64,000 bases of DNA from Candidatus Kaiserbacteria bacterium RIFOXYB1_FULL_46_14 (GTDB lineage Bacteria; Patescibacteriota; Minisyncoccia; Phycocordibacterales; UBA918), in assembly GCA_001783525.1 (NCBI GenBank), contig MFMS01000004.1, positions 28,741 to 92,740 on the forward strand, given 5' to 3'. Every line of letters starts with the position of its first letter. Positions within the stretch are counted from its first letter, which is position 1. Positions 41,293 through 50,333 of this stretch are shown here, piece after piece. The notes under the pieces are model-generated. The model had not been told where the DNA came from. It did not search any database and was given only the letters and a program-made list of their open reading frames with translations. Made by a program: the position numbers and the translations under genes.

Positions 41293-41694
41293 ATGGCTAA
41301 AAAAGATTTTAAGGTTTTCAAGAGTAGTGCGGGATTTGGACTCCGGACACTGAAAGATATCAAAAAGGGTGAGCTAGTTATTGAATACACTGGACGCAAG
41401 ACCACCAACGCGGCGGCAGAACGCCAACCAAACCGCTACCAATTTGATCTGGATGACAAATGGACGATCGACGGCTCACCCCGTAGCAACACCGCGCGTT
41501 ACATCAACCATTCGTGCCGTCCAAATTGCGAAGCGGTGCATTACACCGACACCAACGAGATTGGTATTGAGGCAATACGCAACATCAAGGCCGGAGAGGA
41601 GCTTACTTATGACTACGGCAAGGAGTACTTCAATGAATACATCAAGCCGGTAGGTTGTAAGTGTGAGAAGTGCACAAAGACCCGTTCCAGCTAG
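41293..41694 (+). CDS. SET-domain protein (putative protein lysine methyltransferase) with a post-SET Cys cluster
   Basis: RYINHSCRPNC, ELTYDYG, and a C-terminal CKCEKC. Confidence 0.8.
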   Translation: MAKKDFKVFKSSAGFGLRTLKDIKKGELVIEYTGRKTTNAAAERQPNRYQFDLDDKWTIDGSPRSNTARYINHSCRPNCEAVHYTDTNEIGIEAIRNIKAGEELTYDYGKEYFNEYIKPVGCKCEKCTKTRSS

Positions 41695-41818
41695 AATTTT
41701 CCTGTAATTGTGTTATATTGCGACACATCAATAAGACCACCTGTACGGGACTTATAAATTAAGCAAAACCGATCTGAACAACTTCCGACCATCTTACAAT
41801 CCAAAGGACAGAACTCGT

Positions 41819-42445
41819 ATAAATACCGCGATTCGCGCGAAGGAGCTTCGTGTTATCGGAGCTCAGGGTGAAAACTTGGGAGTGTTGCTCTTAAATGACG
41901 CTCTCCGAGCAGCCGACGAAGCGGGTCTCGACCTCATCGAGATCTCACCAAACGCCAACCCTCCAGTCGCTAAGATAATGGACTTTGGACAGCATCGTTA
42001 CGAAACCAAGCGTAAAGCGAGCGAGGTGAAAGCCAAGTCACATGTCACTGAAACCAAGTCGGTGCAGGTGAAAGTTATCACTGGCGAGCATGACAAACAG
42101 CAGAAATCTCGCCGAGCGGCTGAGTGGCTATCAGAAGGACACCGCGTGAAGGTAGATCTTTTCCTGTCTGGACGATACAAGTATATGGAGGAGGCCTTTT
42201 TGAAAGAGCGTCTGGAACGATTCCTAAAGATCATCCCAATCGAGTACAAAATCGCTGATCCGATCAAGAAAAGTCCTAAGGGTTACACCGTGACACTCGA
42301 ACGTGAGGGTAAGGCCAAGTTTATAAAAGGTAAGGAACTTGAGGAAGAAAAGCCAATCAAGAAAGTAGTCTCAGAATCCGACACCTCAGAGCCTAAGTCC
42401 AAAAAGAAGTCCCTGGACGAATTGCTCGAAGGAGGCTTGATTTAA
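41819..42445 (+). CDS. infC: Translation initiation factor IF-3 with a non-AUG start (ATA at 41819 or ATT at 41831). The ORF track begins at a TTG at 41876.
   Basis: The in-frame upstream extension ..INTAIRAKELRVIGAQGENLGV.. aligns with the IF-3 N-domain. The C-domain motif DLIEISPNANPPVAKIMDFG is present. Confidence 0.8.
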   Translation: MNTAIRAKELRVIGAQGENLGVLLLNDALRAADEAGLDLIEISPNANPPVAKIMDFGQHRYETKRKASEVKAKSHVTETKSVQVKVITGEHDKQQKSRRAAEWLSEGHRVKVDLFLSGRYKYMEEAFLKERLERFLKIIPIEYKIADPIKKSPKGYTVTLEREGKAKFIKGKELEEEKPIKKVVSESDTSEPKSKKKSLDELLEGGLI

Positions 42446-42517
42446 AGCCCGTTTTGCGGTATATTCTTACCACTTTTGCTACTTCTCTGGCAGAATACCC
42501 CGAATCGAAAAATCATT

Positions 42518-42709
42518 ATGAAAACCAACAAGTCATATACTAAGCGTATTAAAGTGACCAAGAACGGCAAGCTAGTAGCTCGCAAGCCGGGTCAAAACCA
42601 CTTCAATGCCCGCCAGACTGGCCAACAGCGTCTGCGCCGCAAGCGTACTCAGCTACTCACTTTGAGTAAGCGCATTACCCGTCGTTTCCTTCCAGCAACT
42701 GGCGCTTAA
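42518..42709 (+). CDS. rpmI: Ribosomal protein L35. The ORF track extends to 42476, but the probable start is 42518.
   Basis: A small, very basic protein in the infC-rpmI-rplT context. Confidence 0.7.
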   Translation: MKTNKSYTKRIKVTKNGKLVARKPGQNHFNARQTGQQRLRRKRTQLLTLSKRITRRFLPATGA

Positions 42710-42730
42710 CTCCCGTTTTAATTCTAATTT

Positions 42731-43075
42731 ATGTCACGAGTAAAAGGAGGATTGATGGCCCAGAAGCGCCGTCGCAACATCCTCGAACAAGTAAAGGGCT
42801 ACCGCTTCGGCCGTTCTAAGAAAACAAAGCAAGCAATTGAGGCGATCCACCACGCAAAGAACTACTCTTTTGCACACCGCAAAGATAAGAAGAATGACTT
42901 CCGTCAACTTTGGATCGTTCGCATCAACGCCGCGTTGATGGCACATGGCATCAAGTACAGCCGTTTTATCAAGGCGCTCAAGGACAAGGGAATCGGACTC
43001 GATCGTAAGATCCTCTCTTCCCTAGCCAAAGACCGCCCTGAAGTATTCGAGCGTATCGTCAACCAAGTTAAATAA
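42731..43075 (+). CDS. rplT: Ribosomal protein L20
   Basis: QLWIVRINAALMAHGIKYSRFI matches the L20 signature. Confidence 0.9.
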   Translation: MSRVKGGLMAQKRRRNILEQVKGYRFGRSKKTKQAIEAIHHAKNYSFAHRKDKKNDFRQLWIVRINAALMAHGIKYSRFIKALKDKGIGLDRKILSSLAKDRPEVFERIVNQVK

Positions 43076-43083
43076 CTCACATA

Positions 43084-43118
43084 AAAAAACCGCCACGGCT
43101 ACGCCGTGGCGGTTTTTT
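43084..43118. terminator. Bidirectional terminator
   Basis: Stem aaaaaaaccgccacggc, loop tac, stem gccgtggcggtttttt. Confidence 0.75.
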
Positions 43119-44481
43119 AAAACTCTATTTCTGCCACTTCTCCGGGCGATGGCGCGACCGCGTTGACTCCGAGATAATCACGAAGACGCTGTACCAAAAA
43201 GAGAGCGGCGCGCTCTTCTCCCATAGTGACGAACACTTTTTCAATTTTCTCTCCACCCTTCGCCACAAAATCAACTAATTGATCGCGATCGGCATGGCCA
43301 GACCAGCCACGAATAGTCGCGACGGTGGCATTTACTTTCACATCCTGGTTGTTGATACGGACACGTTTGGCTCCGTCCTGAAGACGGCGACCCAAACTAC
43401 CCACCGATTGATATCCAACTAGAAGCAGTGTGGTATTTTTGTCTGCTAAAAAATGACTTTCGTGTCCCTCTATCCTACCGCCGTGGGACATTCCGCTTCC
43501 GGCGATAATGATCTTTGGCCCTGGTACTTCAGAGATAGCGCGCGAGTCGGCGACTGTACGAGTAAACTTAAGCTTCGCAAAATCAAAAATATCATCACCG
43601 GCACTGATTTGTTCTCTCACCTCGCGCCTTAGGTATTTTGTGTGATCACGATAGATATCGGTCACCGCAATGGCTAATGGTGAGTCTAGGAAGACTGGTA
43701 GTGCTGGTACTTTTCCACTTTCTACTAAATTATTAATCTCAAATAGGATGATTTGCGTACGCTCCAGTGAGAAGGCGGGGATTATCAGAGTGCCCTTTTT
43801 ACTAATCGTTTGTTCAATATGATGAAGCAGTAAGTCGCTCCGCTCACTCACCTCTTCGTGTAAACGATCACCATAAACACTCTCCATGACCAAATACTGA
43901 TAACCATTCGGTATATCCGGTGCCCCCATTAAAGGTTGCGGATAGTTGCCAATGTCACCAGAAAAAACTACCTTCTGACCACCACGCTCGAATGTAATAA
44001 AGCCAGCGCCTAAGATATGGCCGGCGTCGTTCCAGGTGGCAGTGACATCGTCGGGGAGAGCCAGCCGTGCACCGTACTCTATTGTCTGCCAGAGAGCCAG
44101 TGTTTTATCAATATCTTCTCTGTCGTAAAGGCGAGGCCTGGCATAGCTCTGCTCTTCGAAGATCATTACGTTAAGAGCGTCTGCAAGCATCACAGTCGCC
44201 AAAGCCCTCGTTGGTTCAGTCGAATAGATCTTGCCAGCGTAACCTTCCTTAACTAATTTTGGAATACGTCCGATGTGGTCACTATGTGAGTGAGTGACCA
44301 AAAGAGCATCGATGGACTGCGGTTCGTACGGAAAAGGTTTCTGATTTGATTCTTCCGCAAAGCGACTTCCCTGCACCATTCCACAATCAATTAAAAATTT
44401 CGCACCGCCAGTATCAAGCAGGAAATTGGCTCCGGTCACACTCCCTACTCCGCCATAAAATCCAATTTTGGAGTGTTTCAT
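43117..44481 (-). CDS. RNase J-like MBL-fold beta-CASP ribonuclease
   Basis: Metallo-beta-lactamase motif HSHSDH plus a beta-CASP region. At 454 aa it is shorter than canonical RNase J. Confidence 0.7.
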   Translation of the reverse strand: MKHSKIGFYGGVGSVTGANFLLDTGGAKFLIDCGMVQGSRFAEESNQKPFPYEPQSIDALLVTHSHSDHIGRIPKLVKEGYAGKIYSTEPTRALATVMLADALNVMIFEEQSYARPRLYDREDIDKTLALWQTIEYGARLALPDDVTATWNDAGHILGAGFITFERGGQKVVFSGDIGNYPQPLMGAPDIPNGYQYLVMESVYGDRLHEEVSERSDLLLHHIEQTISKKGTLIIPAFSLERTQIILFEINNLVESGKVPALPVFLDSPLAIAVTDIYRDHTKYLRREVREQISAGDDIFDFAKLKFTRTVADSRAISEVPGPKIIIAGSGMSHGGRIEGHESHFLADKNTTLLLVGYQSVGSLGRRLQDGAKRVRINNQDVKVNATVATIRGWSGHADRDQLVDFVAKGGEKIEKVFVTMGEERAALFLVQRLRDYLGVNAVAPSPGEVAEIEF

Positions 44482-44861
44482 AAATTATCATGTAGGCTTT
44501 TTGCCATCACATAACCAAACAGGCCGCCGGAGAATCCAAAAATAATGTCGCTTATGGTGTCTCCTATATATCCTGGTTCGTGTATCGAAACGCCGATAGC
44601 AACTTCAAATAATTCCCAACTAAGTGCTACCGCTAGGACAGAAAACATTGAGGGCAAAAAACGAAACCAGCGCTCGGAAGAAAGTACATGTAAATCACGT
44701 AGAGAAAACCAGCCGAGCGCTACCGCGACCCCACCCAGTGTATGTGTTACAGAATCAAGCCATGGGTAAATCCAGTACAAATAAAAATTGAGTGACAAAA
44801 AGTGCGTCACTGATAATACCGAGAGCGTCAGCAACAATACGATGGTATTAGATTTGATCAC
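44478..44861 (-). CDS. Hypothetical membrane protein
   Basis: Four TM segments. Confidence 0.45.
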   Translation of the reverse strand: MIKSNTIVLLLTLSVLSVTHFLSLNFYLYWIYPWLDSVTHTLGGVAVALGWFSLRDLHVLSSERWFRFLPSMFSVLAVALSWELFEVAIGVSIHEPGYIGDTISDIIFGFSGGLFGYVMAKSLHDNL

Positions 44862-45100
44862 GCTTTATTATATCAAAAGAACCCGCCTCCTCTCTTGCAA
44901 CGATCATTCTCGATCGCGACAAAAGTGGAGACGAGTTCTTAGAACCACCCGTATGTCCCCGGCGTGAGCCAGGTGGGCACCCGGGCCGGATTCCGCTGAA
45001 ATCATCAATGATGTTCTCATTAGTTTCCGCGACTAAAGGCAGCCCTGCAAAAAGTTTTTAACTCGGAACATACGCGGCGGTTCTATATTATGTTAACACA

Positions 45101-45134
45101 AAAAAAACGGCGCGGGCCAGAGGCCCGCGCCGTT
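45101..45134. terminator. Terminator after ndk
   Basis: Stem aaaaaaaacggcgcgggcc, loop aga, stem ggcccgcgccgttt. Confidence 0.75.
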
Positions 45135-45141
45135 TATTCCA

Positions 45142-45747
45142 CTACTCCTTTACAGTGTCAAAGTTTACGTCGTACATTATGCGCTCCTGTGCGGTTGAGT
45201 AGTTCATTATCTCCACGTCACTGAACCAGAGTTTTATCTCACGCTCTGCCTCTTCTACTGATTCAGAACAATGAATCAGGTTTCGTACGCCACGGTTCTC
45301 GATGGTAGCGTGAGCGTAAGAGTCGAGAGTATAGTCACCACGAATCGTACCCACGTCTGACGTGGCTGGCTCGGTAGTACCAACAAGCTTAGTTACCACA
45401 GCCACTGCCTGGTTGCCTTCTAGAGTCATAGCAACCAATGGTGCCGCCATCATATAGCGAGCTAGATTACGAATGATGTCCTTGCCGTACTCGATCGGCT
45501 CCTTCTCGACAGGCATATTGTGCGCCGTCATATCTTTAATAACACCTTCGCCTTTACGAAGAAACCAAGCATCGTCTTTATTGTAGTGAGCGAAGAGCTG
45601 TTCCTCGGTCGCCATTACCATCTTCATTGAACCGATCTTAAGACCAACCCGCTCGAAACGAGCAATGACCTCGCCAATAAGAGAACGTTGTAGAGTGTCT
45701 GGCTTGAGCAGTACAAGCGAACGCTCCTGATGTGGCAATCTGTCCAT
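45142..45747 (-). CDS. ndk: Nucleoside diphosphate kinase (long form)
   Basis: LVLLKPD and NLIHCSES (the active-site His region). Confidence 0.75.
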   Translation of the reverse strand: MDRLPHQERSLVLLKPDTLQRSLIGEVIARFERVGLKIGSMKMVMATEEQLFAHYNKDDAWFLRKGEGVIKDMTAHNMPVEKEPIEYGKDIIRNLARYMMAAPLVAMTLEGNQAVAVVTKLVGTTEPATSDVGTIRGDYTLDSYAHATIENRGVRNLIHCSESVEEAEREIKLWFSDVEIMNYSTAQERIMYDVNFDTVKE

Positions 45748-45814
45748 AAATAATTGATCAAATTAATGCTTAAAAGTGCCGAGAGTATACAAGAAATTGA
45801 GCAAAATTCCAATT

Positions 45815-46603
45815 TTATTGCCCTTTCTGGCTAGCGGTAAGAATCTCCGGACCGGACGGGGTTATTAATACCGTATGCTCCATATGGGCTGTAAACCCTC
45901 CATCTTTAGACCGTACCGTGTAACCGTCGTCATTATCGAAGACCACCTCTTTACCTCCCTGTATGATCATTGGCTCAATCGCTAAGACCATCCCTGGGCG
46001 AAGGATAGGCCCAGGGTTGCCCCTTTGGACGTAGTTTGGTACCTGTGGCTCTTCATGTAGAGAATAGCCAACGCCATGCCCGCACAGCTCTTCCACAATG
46101 CCGTAGCCTTTCGGAACAACGGCCTCCTCAGCTGCACCAATGGCTGAAATTCGTACACCAGGTTGTGCAGCCTTGATGGCGGCATCAAGCGCTTGTTTCG
46201 TTACAGACAACAACTCGAGTGCGCGTTCACTACCCTTGCCGGCAATGACGGTACGAGCTGAATCAAGCACCATCCCCTTGTAGCCAATAACCAGATCGAT
46301 CGAGACCACATCACCATCGCTGAAAGTGACCGGATCTTCGTTTGGAATACCGTGTACCACAACATCATTGACCGAGACACAGGTGACTGCTGGATAAGGA
46401 CGTGGGGCAAAAGTCGGCTGATAACCGAGTATCATCGGTTCCAAATCATACTCCTCCAAAAGTTCGGTAGCCCGATCATCAACATCGAGAGAGGTTGCTC
46501 CCGGTACCACTTCTTTCTCTAATTCATCCAATATCAAACCCAAAAGCTTCCCGCCTTCACGCAGTTTTATAATATCTTCTTCGGTTTTAATTGTGATTCC
46601 CAT
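45815..46603 (-). CDS. map: Methionine aminopeptidase type I
   Basis: Pita-bread fold with metal ligands (D..D..H..E..E pattern), located after adk in the spc-like cluster. Confidence 0.85.
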   Translation of the reverse strand: MGITIKTEEDIIKLREGGKLLGLILDELEKEVVPGATSLDVDDRATELLEEYDLEPMILGYQPTFAPRPYPAVTCVSVNDVVVHGIPNEDPVTFSDGDVVSIDLVIGYKGMVLDSARTVIAGKGSERALELLSVTKQALDAAIKAAQPGVRISAIGAAEEAVVPKGYGIVEELCGHGVGYSLHEEPQVPNYVQRGNPGPILRPGMVLAIEPMIIQGGKEVVFDNDDGYTVRSKDGGFTAHMEHTVLITPSGPEILTASQKGQ

Positions 46604-47217
46604 TAGTTTTTAGGTAGATCAAGTGCCTTAAGAATAGCTGAATGAACCTCGTCTATTGAAACCGTACCATCGATATCATGAACCTTGGTGTTAGGTCGAG
46701 CTCGGTAGTATTCCACGACCGGAGACGTCTCTTCACGATACCAACGCAGACGTTCTTCGATCGATTCCACAGTATCGTCTGGCCTTGCGCGCGAAACCAT
46801 TCGCTCGCGCACTACCGCCTCAGGAGCTTTTAGATGAATGATGTCGATGGAGCGACGTTGATAGAAAGAAAAGGCCGATTCAAGCACCTTAGCTTCATCT
46901 ACTATTCGAGGAAAGCCGTCGATCAAGAGATGGCAATCGGGATCCACATGAGTGCGCATCGAGTCTCCCCAAAGCACGGTAGAGAGAAACAAGGGTTGCA
47001 GTATGCCGGTATCCAGTGTCTCTTGAATATGTTTTTCGGTATAGCCCTCTCCCGAAGCGGCCATAGCGCGAAAGCGACGACCGGTTTGAATATCAACCAC
47101 TCGCCTAGTCGGGTCTTGCTCACGCAAAACACGATCGAGGCGTTCGATCTGAGTGCCCTTTCCACTTCCTTGCGGACCGATAAAGATCACCGTCTTCTGT
47201 TTTTCCAAAAATGTCAT
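46603..47217 (-). CDS. adk: Adenylate kinase
   Basis: P-loop GPQGSGKGTQ and LID/NMP regions. Confidence 0.85.
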   Translation of the reverse strand: MTFLEKQKTVIFIGPQGSGKGTQIERLDRVLREQDPTRRVVDIQTGRRFRAMAASGEGYTEKHIQETLDTGILQPLFLSTVLWGDSMRTHVDPDCHLLIDGFPRIVDEAKVLESAFSFYQRRSIDIIHLKAPEAVVRERMVSRARPDDTVESIEERLRWYREETSPVVEYYRARPNTKVHDIDGTVSIDEVHSAILKALDLPKN

Positions 47218-47278
47218 GCAAGGCCAGTGTACTCTATGAAAAGCTAAAATTCAAAGCGAAATATGTTATGTTATCGCG

Positions 47279-47848
47279 ATGGATAAGAAAAGTATCATTA
47301 CACTGGCAGGTAAGCCTGGTAGCGGAAAATCGACCACCTCCAAGAAGCTGGCGGAACGGCTTGGTTACGAAAGATTCTCTTCTGGTGATCTCTTCCGGAC
47401 AATCGCCAAGGAGCGCGGTATTGATATATTGACCATCAACCAGACCGCCGAGACAGAAAAAGCCATAGACCTTGAAGTGGATGAGAAATTGCGCCAGATT
47501 GGTGAAAGCCGAGACAATCTGGTTATAGATTCAAGAATGGCTTGGCACTGGATGCCGTACTCCTTCAGGGTCTATCTAGATCTTGATATTTTGGTGGCAG
47601 CCAAACGGATCACTGCCGGTATGGACCCAGAAAGGATGGTAGCAGAGCATATTCCGTCAGAGCCAGGACAATACGCGAAGCAACTACAAGAACGACTAGA
47701 CAGTGAGGCTAGGCGCTACGAAAATCTCTACCAACAAAATCCGTACGATCTTCAAAACTATGATCTGGTAGTGGACACAGCGGCGAATAATCCCGATGAA
47801 GTAGCCGGGATGATCCTCGAGGCCTACGGTTTGTGGTTGAAAAAATAG
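47279..47848 (+). CDS. cmk: Cytidylate kinase-like NMP kinase
   Basis: P-loop LAGKPGSGKST and Cmk-like architecture. Confidence 0.65.
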   Translation: MDKKSIITLAGKPGSGKSTTSKKLAERLGYERFSSGDLFRTIAKERGIDILTINQTAETEKAIDLEVDEKLRQIGESRDNLVIDSRMAWHWMPYSFRVYLDLDILVAAKRITAGMDPERMVAEHIPSEPGQYAKQLQERLDSEARRYENLYQQNPYDLQNYDLVVDTAANNPDEVAGMILEAYGLWLKK

Positions 47849-47858
47849 CATGATCAAC

Positions 47859-47887
47859 AAAGCCCCGCGGCGTAGCCGCGGGGCTTT
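47859..47887. terminator. Bidirectional terminator between cmk and secY
   Basis: Stem gccccgcggc, loop gta, stem gccgcggggc. Confidence 0.7.
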
Positions 47888-47907
47888 GTTATACAAACTT
47901 CAAAATT

Positions 47908-49236
47908 CTAATACTCACGCATCGAGACCTGTGCATCTAGGCGACGCAACAGATCAAGTACTACATTGACCACAATAAGGAGAGCGGTACCTCCAATGGC
48001 CAGCGCGGCAACACCTGTCGCCATCTGCAACACGAGCGGCAAGACCGCTACGAGACCAAGGAAGAAGGCGCCCACCAAAGTAAGTCGAGTGATCAAGCCA
48101 GCAAGATATTCGCTGGTTGCAGTTCCTGGACGAAGGCCAGGAATGAAAGCGCCACTACGCTGTAAGTTCTTAGACACAGCATCTGGATCGAAAGTAACGG
48201 CAGTGTAGAAGAAAGCAAATAGAATAACGAGGGTGAAATAAGCAATAGCGTACAGCGGTTGGTTGTTCAAGAATCCCATCACAACGTTGGACACACGATC
48301 CAAACCACTAATGTTGAAACTAGTTAGAACATTCAGCAACATCTGTGGGAAAAGCAGGATAGACATCGCAAAGATGATCGGAATCACACCAGCCTGATTG
48401 AGACGAAGTGGTAAGTAGGAAGAAGTTCCTCCGTAAGTCTCACCGCCACGGCTCTGCTTGGCATAAGTGATCGGCACTGGACGCTCAGCCTCTGTCATCA
48501 CAACCACCGCATAGAGAGCGAGCAGGGCCATGAATCCAAAGCCGATATAAAGCGGCAATTGAGCTGGAGTGTAAGAGAATGCGAGCTGACTGACAGTGGT
48601 CGGCATACCAGCAACGATACCAGCGAAGATAATTATCGAGACGCCGTTACCAATACCGTATTCAGTAATCAACTCACCCATCCACATCAAGAGAATCGAA
48701 CCGGCAACAATCAAAATAATGTTGGTTACGAAACCGAAGGTTGAAAGTCCGGCGATAACGCCCTGACTCTGGAGAAGTGAGAGGAAACCGAATCCTTGCA
48801 AGATAGCGAGTGGTAGGGTCAAGAGACGAGAATACTGTGTGAATTTTGCTCTACCGGCTTCACCTTCCTCAGTGTACAGACTCTTCATTCGTGGGGACAT
48901 TACGGTCAAAAGCTGCATTATGATTGATCCTGTAATGAATGGTCCAACTCCGAGCATGATGATCGAAAGGTTGGACAGACCGCCGCCAGAAAAGATGTTT
49001 AGAAGACCAAGAAACTGGTTGTTAGCAAAAAACTGCTCCAGTACGGTATGGTCAACACCTGGAATTGGGATGGTTGAAAGTGCTCGAAAAACAAACAATG
49101 CGCCGATTATAAAAAGCAGACGATTACGAATAGCCTTATCGGACACTACTATCTTGAGCTTGTGTAAGAATTTTGACATAACGAGTGAACTTTTAGCATT
49201 TGGGAAAGCGGGCGGATGCTTCGCATCCGCCCGCAT
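47908..49236 (-). CDS. secY: Preprotein translocase subunit SecY
   Basis: Ten TM segments, SecY signature regions, and a position after rplO. Confidence 0.9.
   Translation of the reverse strand: MRADAKHPPAFPNAKSSLVMSKFLHKLKIVVSDKAIRNRLLFIIGALFVFRALSTIPIPGVDHTVLEQFFANNQFLGLLNIFSGGGLSNLSIIMLGVGPFITGSIIMQLLTVMSPRMKSLYTEEGEAGRAKFTQYSRLLTLPLAILQGFGFLSLLQSQGVIAGLSTFGFVTNIILIVAGSILLMWMGELITEYGIGNGVSIIIFAGIVAGMPTTVSQLAFSYTPAQLPLYIGFGFMALLALYAVVVMTEAERPVPITYAKQSRGGETYGGTSSYLPLRLNQAGVIPIIFAMSILLFPQMLLNVLTSFNISGLDRVSNVVMGFLNNQPLYAIAYFTLVILFAFFYTAVTFDPDAVSKNLQRSGAFIPGLRPGTATSEYLAGLITRLTLVGAFFLGLVAVLPLVLQMATGVAALAIGGTALLIVVNVVLDLLRRLDAQVSMREY
49206..49234. terminator. Hairpin between rplO and secY that could be an attenuator or terminator
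   Basis: Stem gcgggcggatgc, loop ttc, stem gcatccgcccgc. Confidence 0.5.
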
Positions 49237-49244
49237 TATAACCC

Positions 49245-49694
49245 TTATTTAACTTCCCCGCCTGCCTTTTCCAATTTGGCCTTAGCCGAGGCGGATACGG
49301 TACAATCGACAACGCTGAATTTCTTGGTTACCTCACCGGTACCGAGAATCTTCACGAGTGGCAAACGACGACGTTTGGCACTAATCACTCCTGCTGCCAC
49401 CAAAGTCTTAGGACTCACGATAGCTCCTGCCTCAAACTTTTCTTCTAGAAGCTTAAGGTTAACCACGATCGGAAGTACGCGCTCAGCATTAACTGCCTCA
49501 GCACGGTTCACACCGTGACCGCGGAGCTTCGGGATCTTCTTGATCTGCTCGCGCATTTCTGGACGAGTAGAGTTACCGGCACGAGCGGTCTGACCCTTAT
49601 GACCACGACCGGACATTTTGCCGCGCTTACCACCACGACCTATACGGCGAGCTGTTTTACGAGGCGCTGTCGGTTTTAGTTGATGTAACTGCAT
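49245..49694 (-). CDS. rplO: Ribosomal protein L15
   Basis: A Gly/Arg-rich N-terminus matching the L15 family. Confidence 0.9.
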   Translation of the reverse strand: MQLHQLKPTAPRKTARRIGRGGKRGKMSGRGHKGQTARAGNSTRPEMREQIKKIPKLRGHGVNRAEAVNAERVLPIVVNLKLLEEKFEAGAIVSPKTLVAAGVISAKRRRLPLVKILGTGEVTKKFSVVDCTVSASAKAKLEKAGGEVK

Positions 49695-49703
49695 AATTAA
49701 AAG

Positions 49704-50314
49704 TTAGGCCTTCAAAAGCTTAAGCGCTTCGATAGTGGCACGCGCGTTGTTAAGTTTGTTCTTTGTTCGGGAAAGAAGCTTGGCAGTAACGTCTTTGACA
49801 CCAGCGAGCTCAAGGACGGTACGAACCGAGCTGGGATGATCATGACTTCACTCGAAGAGAGCTTGGTCTGCACATCGTGTGCAATCTGGCTGTGCGTATT
49901 CATCGGTACAGTGATCATATGCTTCTTAGCATCACGTACTGCTTTTTCGATCGCTAGCTGAGTATCCCCGGCCTTACCGATACCGACTCCAACGCGGCCT
50001 TTCTTGTCTCCTATCACCATCGCTACTGAGAATGAGAAGCGACGACCACCGGCCATCACACGAGTAACGCGACGAATGGCAATGATCTTCTGATCGAATT
50101 CTGGGCGAACGCGCTCGCGACCACCTTCATTGCGACGAGGACGACGTGCGTTTCGTTCACGACCGTGTTCTCCACGACCGCCCGCACCACGACTACGCAT
50201 CCCGCCACGTTCATTGTGACCAGCAGTCACTGCCGCTGTCACAGGTGCATCGGCGACTGCGGTATTCGCAGTCTCATTTGCCGTCTCGGCAATTTTAGCT
50301 TCCTGTTTTTCCAT
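49704..50314 (-). pseudogene. rpsE: Ribosomal protein S5 with an internal deletion of about 30 nt and a frameshift near 49815-49820. This is either a pseudogene or an assembly error.
   Basis: Frame A reads ..VMIIPA and then nonsense. Frame B resumes with VRTVLELAGVKDVTAKLL..NARATIEALKLLKA before a stop. The conserved SEGTGVIAGG loop is missing. Confidence 0.7.
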
Positions 50315-50333
50315 AATTGGTTAAGTGAATTTA

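Noticed and set aside
39740-41700. Prophage or integrative element inserted at tmRNA
   Set aside because: There is no integrase, recombinase, or phage structural or replication gene, and no direct repeat of the tmRNA 3' end was found downstream; only an inverted mirror copy. It is kept as a low-confidence acquired-block hypothesis inside a finding and is not called a mobile element.
44925-45030. SRP (4.5S) RNA candidate
   Set aside because: It has no GGAA/GNRA-capped helix 8 with the conserved AGG...GGAAGCAGC internal loops, and its two arms are not complementary.
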